From Calditrichia bacterium (GTDB lineage: Bacteria > Calditrichota > Calditrichia > RBG-13-44-9), in the NCBI GenBank assembly GCA_037381445.1, contig JARRQT010000012.1, forward strand, positions 1-40,018: a DNA stretch of 40,018 bases. The letters are read 5' to 3'. The position numbers and the translations under genes are program-made. Every line of letters starts with the position of its first letter. Position 1 is the stretch's first letter. Below, in pieces: positions 28,566-38,137 of this stretch. The notes below the pieces were generated by a model, which saw only the letters and a list, made by a program, of their open reading frames with translations, had not been told where the DNA came from and did no database searches.

Positions 28566-31500
28566 ATGCGCGTGTATTTATTACTTTTATCAATTCTGCT
28601 GCTGTCCGCAAAATTGTTCGCCGGCGGAAACACTGAATTCCGCGCTGCCTGGGTGGTAACCTGGGAGCATATCAGTCCCTACAGCTCAACGGAAGACAAC
28701 AAGGCACGTGTCCGCCTGATATTGGATAATTTAAAAAAAGCCAATATGAATGCGGTGCTTTGGCAGGTCAGACAAAGCGGCACGGCCTATTATAACTCTT
28801 CATTTGAACCCTGGGGATATTATGCGGGATACAAAGATCCCGGCTACGATCCGCTGGCCTATGCCATCGAAGAAGCACACAAAAGAGGGATGGAATTACA
28901 CGCCTGGTATAATGTGTTTAACTGCTCGGATATGGTAGATGGTGCCCCCGCCAAAGAACACCCCGAATGGGTATGCCGTGACGGCTACGGACAGCCCATG
29001 CCAGCCAGCCGTGCGCTTTCACCGGGATTGCAGGAGGTAAGGGATTACAATCTGAAAGTTGCCATGGAAATCGTCAATAATTATGATATTGACGGACTCC
29101 ATCTGGATTATGTCCGCTGGAATGAATTCGACCGCTCCGATTTCTCAAGCGGCGCCTTGCAGAAAGAAGGCAATATTTTTGCTCTTGACGGGCAGATCTC
29201 TCAGGAAAAAATTGAAAAACTGATGGTAACTCCCAGCCAGGACCGCTATTTGTACGATGTCGAGCATCCCTATGACGCTGTGAATCCGCCGGCGGGATTT
29301 GCCAGTTGGGAAGACTGGTGGCGCTGGAGTGTCACAGAATTTGTCCATGCGCTGCACGATTCCATCCAGCAGGTGAAACCGTGGGTGCGCTTGTCTCCGG
29401 CTGCATTGGGGAAATACAACTGGACAAGCTGGCAGGGGTATGGCGTGGTGTATCAGGATGCCGCGCTCTGGTTTAATAACGGTTATATAGACCAGTTGAC
29501 GCCCATGCATTATCACTGGACCACCGGCAGTGAATTTTATGGTATGCTTATCGGGAACGTAACGGAAAGTTGGGGGTACTGGATCCAGCCGGGGATCGAT
29601 GCCGGCCGTTTATATACCGTTGGGCCGGGTTCCTATGCGCTGTCTGATAAGAACGTATGGGACAACCATAAACAGATTGTGGACCGTTCCCGGGATGTTC
29701 CCTGGGTGGACGGTTTTCAGTTCTTCAGCTATGCCAGCTGGAAGAATCATAACTACTTTGATGATGCGAAGAATTTATTTTTTAACCGCAAAACCAAAAT
29801 TCGGGCGGCCTCGTTTTTAAATGCTCAGATCCCCGCTGCGCCGGTCGTTGCTCTGACAAAAATAGATGATCAAAACTACCGGATTAATATCTCGCCGGAT
29901 GAAGTTTTGGATGCGGATCAGCGTTTCTGCCTTTACCGTTCTGAGGATGACGTGTTGGATGTTGATTCCGATGAAATCATTGATATTCATTTTGGCAGAA
30001 ATGCATACACGGTTGAAGATTCTGTTACCGGACTGCAGGATTTTAACGGAAAATACAAATATTTTGCTACCCGTCTGAATCGTTTCTGGAACGAGTCTGC
30101 TGTCTCCAACAGTGTGGAAACCGATTCGATCCCGTCCTTTGCGCCGGTGGTCCTTTCCAGCGATCCTCTGCCGGGCGATACGATTTCGATAAACAGCATG
30201 ATGACCCTTGATTTCTCCAAGACCATGGACACCGCCTCTTTTAACGAATCGGTCATTTTTGAACCGGTTGTTGAATTCAATTCTCCGGTCTGGTCATCGG
30301 ACAGAAAACAATTGACCATTATTCCCGCCGCATCTCTGCAGAATGATACGGAATATACTTTAACCATAAAGAAGGAAGCCACTGACATCAATGGCAGGCA
30401 ATTGGATGGAAACGGCGATGGTGTAGGCAGTGAAGACTTCATCCTGACCTTCCGAACCATCGAAAAGGATATTTTCCCGCCGCGGCTGGTCTACAGCAAT
30501 CCGGATATGAATGTTTATGTTGATAATTTCGATGTTGCCGATATTTTCTCTTTTGCTTTCGATGAATTGCTCGATCATACTTCCCTGCAGACCGCTTCCA
30601 CCGTAGTTACACGGGACGGGCAGGAAATCTCCCACAAGGCAAAGATGTACGATATTGGCGGCAGGACCATATTAAGCGTTCAGACTGACGAGAATCTTCC
30701 TTCCGGTCATGCCTATCAGATATCACTCTTTAATGATATTACGGATACCGCCGGCAATGCACTGGATACAACCATTTCCCTCACGTTTGAAACCGAGCCC
30801 TACAGCTACAAAGAGACCACCATGATCGATAATTTCTCCGGAACCGGCTATTGGAGAGAACCCGGCTACAGCGGTTCAACCAATGGGATTGACAGGGTTG
30901 CCAGCACTTTCGATATTTCATCAACGGTTTATCTACCGAATGTGTACAAGCCGCTGGATCGCTATTCCGGCCGCCTGCATTATGTGTGGGATGCCAGCGA
31001 TCTGGATCCGGCGGGTTCGGAATATCTGCTTCGTGATTACCTGGATGAATCTCCGCCGCGAAATGTCTTCTTTGGTACTGATTATATTTTGCAATGCTAC
31101 ATCCTGGGTGACGGCAGTCATAATAAATTCCGTTTCGCGCTGGATGAAGGCAATGGGGTGTCCTGGCCCAATCACGAAGTTTCCGTATGGTTTACAATCG
31201 ATTGGATTGGCTGGAAGCTGATTCAGTGGGATTTGAGCGATCCCGAGATGGTAGGAAGCTGGCTGGGCAACGGCCAGTTAGATATGAGCACTTACCGGAT
31301 TGACAGTTTCCAGTTAACACATGATGAGAGCGGCGCCGGGTCCGGAACGCTGTATTTCAGCAATTTGCGCGTGGTGAAGAAGCAATATGAAATTACAAAT
31401 CAAATTGCGGATGAAAATTCCCAGGCGCCTTTCAGATTTTCTTTATTGCAGAATTATCCGAATCCTTTCAATCCGGAAACAACCATTCCTTTTGATATCG

Positions 31501-31694
31501 CAAAAGCCGGAAAGGTGAGGTTGACAATCTATAATGTGCTTGGTCAGGTCGTAGCTGTTTTGGTAAACAAAGAATTACTGCCCGGTCGTTATGAAATCGA
31601 TTTCAGCGGGCAAAATCTGGCATCCGGTATCTATGTATATGAATTGCGGAATGAAAACAGGGTCATGCGCAAACGAATGATTCTGCTGAAATAG
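28566..31694 (+). CDS. Secreted GHL10 (DigH/YddW-like) glycoside hydrolase with FN3-like, 2x Big_5, jelly-roll module and type A CTD
   Basis: GGAG RBS; EFRAAW, NAVLWQVR, GYDPLAYAIEEAHKRGMELHAW and YDIDGLHLDY; FSKTMD/FDELLD Ig-like domains; QNYPNPFNP...KRMILLK. Confidence 0.88.
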   Translation: MRVYLLLLSILLLSAKLFAGGNTEFRAAWVVTWEHISPYSSTEDNKARVRLILDNLKKANMNAVLWQVRQSGTAYYNSSFEPWGYYAGYKDPGYDPLAYAIEEAHKRGMELHAWYNVFNCSDMVDGAPAKEHPEWVCRDGYGQPMPASRALSPGLQEVRDYNLKVAMEIVNNYDIDGLHLDYVRWNEFDRSDFSSGALQKEGNIFALDGQISQEKIEKLMVTPSQDRYLYDVEHPYDAVNPPAGFASWEDWWRWSVTEFVHALHDSIQQVKPWVRLSPAALGKYNWTSWQGYGVVYQDAALWFNNGYIDQLTPMHYHWTTGSEFYGMLIGNVTESWGYWIQPGIDAGRLYTVGPGSYALSDKNVWDNHKQIVDRSRDVPWVDGFQFFSYASWKNHNYFDDAKNLFFNRKTKIRAASFLNAQIPAAPVVALTKIDDQNYRINISPDEVLDADQRFCLYRSEDDVLDVDSDEIIDIHFGRNAYTVEDSVTGLQDFNGKYKYFATRLNRFWNESAVSNSVETDSIPSFAPVVLSSDPLPGDTISINSMMTLDFSKTMDTASFNESVIFEPVVEFNSPVWSSDRKQLTIIPAASLQNDTEYTLTIKKEATDINGRQLDGNGDGVGSEDFILTFRTIEKDIFPPRLVYSNPDMNVYVDNFDVADIFSFAFDELLDHTSLQTASTVVTRDGQEISHKAKMYDIGGRTILSVQTDENLPSGHAYQISLFNDITDTAGNALDTTISLTFETEPYSYKETTMIDNFSGTGYWREPGYSGSTNGIDRVASTFDISSTVYLPNVYKPLDRYSGRLHYVWDASDLDPAGSEYLLRDYLDESPPRNVFFGTDYILQCYILGDGSHNKFRFALDEGNGVSWPNHEVSVWFTIDWIGWKLIQWDLSDPEMVGSWLGNGQLDMSTYRIDSFQLTHDESGAGSGTLYFSNLRVVKKQYEITNQIADENSQAPFRFSLLQNYPNPFNPETTIPFDIAKAGKVRLTIYNVLGQVVAVLVNKELLPGRYEIDFSGQNLASGIYVYELRNENRVMRKRMILLK

Positions 31695-31901
31695 TATGAA
31701 TCAAAACAGGTCATGCGGGTTGTCATGTATAAGATGAGCAGAAAAAATACGAAAACTCAATAAATTGTGACCGTGCGGTCTGCAGCCGGGCAAGCCTCCC
31801 GGTACAAATGTTTTGCTGGAAACTGCTGTGCTTTAAATCTCTTAAGAAGCCGGCTCACAGGAATTATTTAAATACATAGTTGTTATTTTTGGAGATATCA
31901 G

Positions 31902-32852
31902 ATGAAAAGAATATTGTTGATGGTGCTGGTCATTACGGCACAAATTTTTGCGCAGGAGTTATTCAGGGTTCAGCCGGAAGAGGTGCTGGTAAGTCCGGCT
32001 AATGAAGGTGTTCAATTCCGGAATCCCAAATGGTCACCGGATGGTTCCAGAATTGCGCTTACCGGCAATAATTACCGCGGAATCTGGATTTATGAGCTGT
32101 CCACCAGACAGTTGGAACTGCTGACAGATGAGGGCGCGGCCGGATTCGGCTTTTCCTGGTCGGCAGACGGAAATTATATCCTGACGGATGTCGCGAAGTA
32201 TGAAAATGGCAGGCGGCTGGATGCCGTGAAAATGTTCAATATTGCCGCGCGAAGTGAAAAAACACTGATTGATTACAGGACAAATCTGCGCGGCACTCCC
32301 CGCTGGACATCGGGGGATAACCGCATTTACCTTTTTGACGGGAGGAAAATACGATACCTGGAAACCGGCTTCCGTCAAAATACGCTGGCCAAAAGCGCCG
32401 CCCCGCAATCCATCGTTTATTCAAAGGGAGATAAAATTATTCTGGAAGATACCGGAACGGGCCTCAAAACGCAGTTTCGTCCTTTCGATGGTGAACAATA
32501 TCTTAATCTTCGCCTTTCTCCCGATGGAAAAAAAGTGGTTTTCGAAGTGTATGGCGGCAATTGTCATGTGCTGAACGTGGAAACCTCCGAGGTGTTTGAT
32601 CTTGGAACCGGATATCGTCCCCAATGGTCACCGGATGGTCAATTTGTTGTTTACATGGTGACGCAGGACGATGGGCATAACTACACCGCCTCTGATATCT
32701 TTGTATCTGATTTTAACGGGACGGCAAAACAAAACATTACCGCCAACAGCTCCAGGATTGCAATGGACCCCGACTGGTCTCCGGACGGAAACCGCATTGT
32801 CTACAGTGCCTACCGGGAAGGAACCATTATCAGTATCGGGCTGGAAAAGTGA
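31902..32852 (+). CDS. TolB-like PD40 beta-propeller protein with signal peptide
   Basis: GGAG RBS; repeated P.WSPDG..I motifs. Confidence 0.85.
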   Translation: MKRILLMVLVITAQIFAQELFRVQPEEVLVSPANEGVQFRNPKWSPDGSRIALTGNNYRGIWIYELSTRQLELLTDEGAAGFGFSWSADGNYILTDVAKYENGRRLDAVKMFNIAARSEKTLIDYRTNLRGTPRWTSGDNRIYLFDGRKIRYLETGFRQNTLAKSAAPQSIVYSKGDKIILEDTGTGLKTQFRPFDGEQYLNLRLSPDGKKVVFEVYGGNCHVLNVETSEVFDLGTGYRPQWSPDGQFVVYMVTQDDGHNYTASDIFVSDFNGTAKQNITANSSRIAMDPDWSPDGNRIVYSAYREGTIISIGLEK

Positions 32853-32902
32853 CTCTGAATAATAATAATCATAGGATTTTTAAAAATTGAACAGGACGCA
32901 AG

Positions 32903-35437
32903 ATGAATATGAGAGATAAATTTATTATTGCAGCATTTCTTCTTTTTCCAATACTGGCTATGGCGCAGGTAACCGGATTGTCAGATTGGAATATTTTTGT
33001 GGATCCGGGGCATAGCCAGAATGAAAACATGCCAACTTTTAGCTGGGCAATCTCCGAAGCAAAACGTAATGTGCGGGTCGCACTGGAACTCCGTGACATG
33101 CTGATGAACGAAACCGACATTGATACCGTGTATCTTTCCAGAACAAATGATACGCAAAGCGTATCCCTGTCGCAGCGCACGGATCTGGCAAATTTCCTGA
33201 AGGCTGCCTGGTATCATTCTATTCACACGGATGCCGGCGGAGAAAGCAGCAACAGCACACTGCTCTTATGGGGCGGATGGATAGATAACGGAACGATCGT
33301 TGAGAAGACTCCGAACGGCGGACAAGCCATGAGCCAGATCATGGTCGATCTTTTGACAAGGGGAATGAGAACCACAACCCGTGGGGACTATGCCGACCGT
33401 ACCTTTTATGAAGGCTTTCCCTATAATCATGATAAGCATTATCCTTATCTGCATGTCAATCGTGAAAGTGATATGGCCTCGGAACTGAGCGAGGCCGGAT
33501 TCCATACCAATCTCAGGCAAAATCAGTTGTATATGAACCATGACTGGCGCCGAATGGAAGCCCGCACCTTTTTCTGGTCAATTCTGGCCTATCACAACAT
33601 TCCGCGTCCCCCCGCTGATATTGTGGCCGGGATTATCACCGATGCCGAAAGCGGTATACCGATCAATGGTGCGGTAATTAGCGTTGAGGGTCGCCAGTAT
33701 GTCACAGACACCTATGAATCCTTGTTTAACCAGTTTACCAGCGATCCTGACCTGCTTCACAATGGCTTTTATTATCTGGAAAATATGGATTACGATTCGG
33801 TCACCATCTCTGTAAATGCTGAAAATTATGTTCCTGACAGCGCCCGGATCGCTGTTTCCAGCACCTTCTTCACTTTTAAGGATTTCGCCCTGGTTTCCAG
33901 CATTCCGCCATACCTCGCATCCAGCACGCCCGCAGATGGCGATACGGCAGTTTCGATTCTGGATGACATCGTCTTAACTTTCAGCAGACCAATGAATGTG
34001 GAGAGCGTTGAATCTTCACTTACCATCCAGCCTGAAATACCGCTGAATTTTTCATGGAGAGAAAACAACAGCCAATTGAGAATCCAAAGCGATTCACTGG
34101 AGTTCCTGACGAATTATACAATCACTATCCCCGGTAGCGTCACGGATCAATATGACCATCTATTCGATGGTGATGCGGATGGAAATGGGGGAGATGGTCT
34201 GAGTCTTTCTTTCAAAACCGGCTTCGATGTTTATCCTCCCAAGGTGATTGCCTATTATCCCTCCCGCTACCAGAAAGATGTGGAAAGAAGACCCATTGTA
34301 AATATTGAATTTGATGAAGAGCTGGCGGATACATCCATCACACCTGAAAATGTATTTTTGGAGAAATTCGATACAAAAGAGACGGTTCCCGGTATTATAA
34401 AGCATTATGTGGTGGATAAAAGAAGCGTGCTGAATTTTTTCCCGACGGAAGATCTGACCCCCGGCGCACTATATGTGGCAAGAATTTACCCGGGATTAAA
34501 GGACCTCTACGGAAATGCAACTGTCACATATTTATCCGTAAGCTTTAACGCAGCGACAACGGATCTGCAGGTAACGCCAATCGATCCCCTCGAGGCCGGT
34601 TTCTCATCCTATTGGTGGCAGCCCGCCAATAGCGGCAGCACCACCGGCATCAATCCCAGCCCCGGAATTTATATGGAGGAGAGTCAGGATTATCTGAATG
34701 AACTAACGTCCAGTCAAAGATCGCTCAAATTATATTATGACTGGGACCTCAATGCTTCGGGATGGCTGATTCGCGAGTATCTGAGCGGAGGAGCGCCGCG
34801 CAGCGTCTTCTTTGATACTACCTACACACTGCAATGTTATGTTTTTGGCGATGGCAGCCATAATTTGTTCCGCTTTGCACTGGATGAAGGGGACGGGGCA
34901 TCCTGGCCAAACCATGAAGTCTCCCAGTGGTATGAAATTGACTGGCTGGGCTGGAAACTGATCGAATGGAAATTAAGTGATCCTTCCACCGTTCAGAGCT
35001 GGGCAGGTCTGGGCAACGGCAAACTGGATATGCCGAGCTACCGTATAGACAGTTTTCAGCTTGCCTATCAGGCCGGCGCCTTTCCCAAAGGATTCGTCTA
35101 TTTTGACGATCTGCGGCTTGTGAAGAAGATTCCCACTTCAATCGCCAGGACAAATCCCGAAGGGCTCATTCCCGACAGATTCTCTTTGGACCAGAATTAT
35201 CCCAATCCTTTTAATCCTGCTACCACTATTTCATTTTCGATTCCGAAGAAGGTTCATGTATCAATCGGTATCTATAATACGCTGGGCCAGCTTGTGAAGA
35301 CGCTTGTTTCGGAAGAAAAAAATCCCGGCAATTACCGTATCAGTTTTGACGCTTCCAGTCTGGCATCGGGGATTTATGTTTATGAAATGAGAGCCGGAGA
35401 TTTTGTTCAGGCGAAAAAAATGATTTTTATGAAATAA
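32903..35437 (+). CDS. Secreted N-acetylmuramoyl-L-alanine amidase (Amidase_3) with CarboxypepD-like, 2x Big_5, jelly-roll module and type A CTD
   Basis: Zn/catalytic motifs FVDPGH, SEA..N, LSR....VSLSQR..LAN, SIHTDA and LSEAGF; CTD QNYPNPFNP...KKMIFMK. Confidence 0.9.
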   Translation: MNMRDKFIIAAFLLFPILAMAQVTGLSDWNIFVDPGHSQNENMPTFSWAISEAKRNVRVALELRDMLMNETDIDTVYLSRTNDTQSVSLSQRTDLANFLKAAWYHSIHTDAGGESSNSTLLLWGGWIDNGTIVEKTPNGGQAMSQIMVDLLTRGMRTTTRGDYADRTFYEGFPYNHDKHYPYLHVNRESDMASELSEAGFHTNLRQNQLYMNHDWRRMEARTFFWSILAYHNIPRPPADIVAGIITDAESGIPINGAVISVEGRQYVTDTYESLFNQFTSDPDLLHNGFYYLENMDYDSVTISVNAENYVPDSARIAVSSTFFTFKDFALVSSIPPYLASSTPADGDTAVSILDDIVLTFSRPMNVESVESSLTIQPEIPLNFSWRENNSQLRIQSDSLEFLTNYTITIPGSVTDQYDHLFDGDADGNGGDGLSLSFKTGFDVYPPKVIAYYPSRYQKDVERRPIVNIEFDEELADTSITPENVFLEKFDTKETVPGIIKHYVVDKRSVLNFFPTEDLTPGALYVARIYPGLKDLYGNATVTYLSVSFNAATTDLQVTPIDPLEAGFSSYWWQPANSGSTTGINPSPGIYMEESQDYLNELTSSQRSLKLYYDWDLNASGWLIREYLSGGAPRSVFFDTTYTLQCYVFGDGSHNLFRFALDEGDGASWPNHEVSQWYEIDWLGWKLIEWKLSDPSTVQSWAGLGNGKLDMPSYRIDSFQLAYQAGAFPKGFVYFDDLRLVKKIPTSIARTNPEGLIPDRFSLDQNYPNPFNPATTISFSIPKKVHVSIGIYNTLGQLVKTLVSEEKNPGNYRISFDASSLASGIYVYEMRAGDFVQAKKMIFMK

Positions 35438-35512
35438 TTCCTGATTCTATTTACGAGGGAAAATGCAATAGCATATTAGTCCGGAAAAGGAAAATTTGTA
35501 AAGGATTCCATC

Positions 35513-37960
35513 ATGAAAATAGGGTGTTCCATATTAACTGCCATCTGCCTGTTCTGGCTGCCTCTGCAGGCGCAGACAGAATTTCATACCGACATCACAA
35601 CGCAGGTGGGGCCGGGAATGACCTACAGGCATATCGTCGCGCCGACCCGGCTCTGGAATATTAATGTACTGGAAATAGACCTGACCAATCCCTATGTCAC
35701 CATGCAAACCGTCAAAGCAAACGACCGTCTGCAGGGCATGGAAATCGTCAGCTCCATGGCGGCCCGTCATAGTTATGAGGGACATGAGGTGGTTGGCGCG
35801 ATTAACGGAGATTTTTATGATACCAGCAACGGTGTTCCGCTCAACACCCAGGTTATAAACGGGGAAGTCCTGAAGAATCCAAATGGATGGCCCACGCTTG
35901 GTTTTGACATAAATAATCATCCTTACATCGATCCTGTGACCTTCGCCGCAAAAATTATGGTCGGTGACCTGGAATATGCCGTGGCGGGGGTGAACAAAGA
36001 CCGTTCCACCGACGAGCTGATCCTTTATAATTCGTTTAAGGGCTCATCCACCGGGACCAACCAATACGGGTATGAGCTTAGCATTGCGCCGGTCGATCCC
36101 TGGATCGTCAACGATACGGTGCGATGTGTGGTAGAAGCTATTGATACTGATGGTGATATGCCCATCAGCAAAGGGAAAGCAGTGCTCTCCGGGCATGGTG
36201 CCGCAGCCGTATTTTTGCAAAACAACCTGCAGATCGGAGACACTGTCGGGGTGCAGCTTCAGCTTCTTCCCGGGCTTGCCAATCTGGTGCAGATGGTCGG
36301 AGGAAATAATAAAATACTGACAGATGGAGTATACAGCGGCGGTGGGGATACTGCTGTCCATCCGCGCACATTTGTGGGAATATCCGCCGACAAAAAGACT
36401 CTTTATATCGCCACGGTAGATGGCCGGGTTGTGGGGTGGTATAACGGAATGTCCTATCGCGATCTTGCCAATTTTATGCTTTACCTGGGAGCTTCGGATG
36501 CAATTAATCTGGATGGTGGCGGCTCGACCACATTTGTTTTATATGGGGATGTAAAAAATCATCCTTCCGATGGTCAGGAGCGGCATGTCGCAAACTCGAT
36601 GCTCTGCGTTTCCCTGGCTCCGGCAGGCACTGGCACAGCATCTATCCAGGTCGAACCCGATAACCAACGCGTTTTTCTCAAAAATGGATTTTGGATTACC
36701 GTCAAAGGCTGGGACGAATATTTCCATCCATCGCCGATCAATACTGAGGAATTAAGCTTTAACGTGGACCCTAATCTTGGGCAGGTATCACAGAGTGGTT
36801 ATTTTTTGGCAGCAGGAGAACCCGATAGCGGTTATGTTTATGTGACCTGCCAGGGATTGAAGGATTCCGTCTATATCTTCATAAAAGGCATTAAAGATAT
36901 TGATATCTCGCCCCGTGCGCTTACCACGGATTCCATTCAAACGGTGCAGTTCCATGTCAATCCTACCGATGTGGACAATCTGCACCCCGAAATTGCGCTC
37001 AGTGATTATCATTGGAATTGTTTAAATCCTGAAGTTGGTGTAATCGACACAACCGGCAAATTTAAGGGCATAGCAGAAGGTCAGGCTAAAGTAGTGGTGC
37101 AATTCCGTGGAAAAACCGATACTGCCCTGGTAACAGTCGAGATCGGCAAGGATATGGTGACACTGGATACCATGGATGTTGCTGGCAACTGGACTGTTTC
37201 CGGGGAACTTTATGACGCCCAGGCGACAACATTGACCGCCGTCGATACACCGAAAACAACCGGGAAGAAGGCATTGCGTCTGGACTATCAGTTTGTGCGC
37301 AGCAGTGAAGGCCGAAGTTGGGTGTATCTCGATACGGACGAGGATATCTACGGATTGCCCGACACCATTCTGCTTGACATAAAATCAAACGGAATGAAAC
37401 ATATTGCCGATGTGATTATCAGTGATGACAACGATGAACTGTTTGCTGCCTCCACCGGCCTTTTCTCGACTTCAGCAACCGGATATGAGACCTATAAGAT
37501 CCCGTTGTCAAAATTTAATGCCATCGATGCCGGCTCCGCTTTCCATTTCCCAATCAGAATGAGGGGTATCCACATCAAATTAATGTATACCGGCGTTGTC
37601 GGGGACACCAATAGCGGCACCCTTTATTTTGATAATCTGAGACTTCATTATCCAACGGTGACCGGCATAAAATCCCAAACCGGAAAATTGATTCCCAGGG
37701 AGATTCAGCTATATCAGAATTATCCGAACCCTTTCAATCCCAATACGAAAATCCGGTACAAGACACAACGGAACGGGATGGTTCTTCTGGAAGTGTATGA
37801 TTTGTTGGGTCAGAGGGTCTGCACACTCGTCAATGCCCGTCAGAATGCCGGCGTTCATACGGTGAATTTTGAAGCAGGAAATCTGGCCAGCGGCATCTAT
37901 TTTTATCGGTTGCTGGCAGACCAGCATGCGATATTGAGAAAAATGATCCTTATGAGATAA
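35513..37960 (+). CDS. Secreted phosphodiester glycosidase (NAGPA/DUF2233) with Big_2-like, jelly-roll module and type A CTD
   Basis: GAINGDFY, HPRTFVG, VDGR, AINLDGGGSTT and ERHVAN; CTD QNYPNPFNP...RKMILMR. Confidence 0.9.
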   Translation: MKIGCSILTAICLFWLPLQAQTEFHTDITTQVGPGMTYRHIVAPTRLWNINVLEIDLTNPYVTMQTVKANDRLQGMEIVSSMAARHSYEGHEVVGAINGDFYDTSNGVPLNTQVINGEVLKNPNGWPTLGFDINNHPYIDPVTFAAKIMVGDLEYAVAGVNKDRSTDELILYNSFKGSSTGTNQYGYELSIAPVDPWIVNDTVRCVVEAIDTDGDMPISKGKAVLSGHGAAAVFLQNNLQIGDTVGVQLQLLPGLANLVQMVGGNNKILTDGVYSGGGDTAVHPRTFVGISADKKTLYIATVDGRVVGWYNGMSYRDLANFMLYLGASDAINLDGGGSTTFVLYGDVKNHPSDGQERHVANSMLCVSLAPAGTGTASIQVEPDNQRVFLKNGFWITVKGWDEYFHPSPINTEELSFNVDPNLGQVSQSGYFLAAGEPDSGYVYVTCQGLKDSVYIFIKGIKDIDISPRALTTDSIQTVQFHVNPTDVDNLHPEIALSDYHWNCLNPEVGVIDTTGKFKGIAEGQAKVVVQFRGKTDTALVTVEIGKDMVTLDTMDVAGNWTVSGELYDAQATTLTAVDTPKTTGKKALRLDYQFVRSSEGRSWVYLDTDEDIYGLPDTILLDIKSNGMKHIADVIISDDNDELFAASTGLFSTSATGYETYKIPLSKFNAIDAGSAFHFPIRMRGIHIKLMYTGVVGDTNSGTLYFDNLRLHYPTVTGIKSQTGKLIPREIQLYQNYPNPFNPNTKIRYKTQRNGMVLLEVYDLLGQRVCTLVNARQNAGVHTVNFEAGNLASGIYFYRLLADQHAILRKMILMR

Positions 37961-38075
37961 GAGCCCGGCATAAGGGCATTCATGATCGAAAATGCAATGC
38001 ATTTGAAGTTCAGTTGGCTGAGATCAAAAGAACTGATGCAATCGTCGGGCATCAGCAAAGCAATTAAATTTTTCG

Positions 38076-38094
38076 AACCGCCAAAATGGCGGTT
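38076..38094. other. Intergenic hairpin upstream of the NlpC/P60 gene
   Basis: AACCGCCA-AAA-TGGCGGTT forms an 8-bp stem without a long U-tract. Confidence 0.4.
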
Positions 38095-38137
38095 TCACCG
38101 GAAAGAAAATATCCTGAATGTTGCAACGAGGTCAACG

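Noticed and set aside
37982..38137. N-terminal extension of the NlpC/P60 ORF
   Set aside because: The RBS and lipoprotein signal fit ATG 38138, and the region contains an intergenic-type hairpin.
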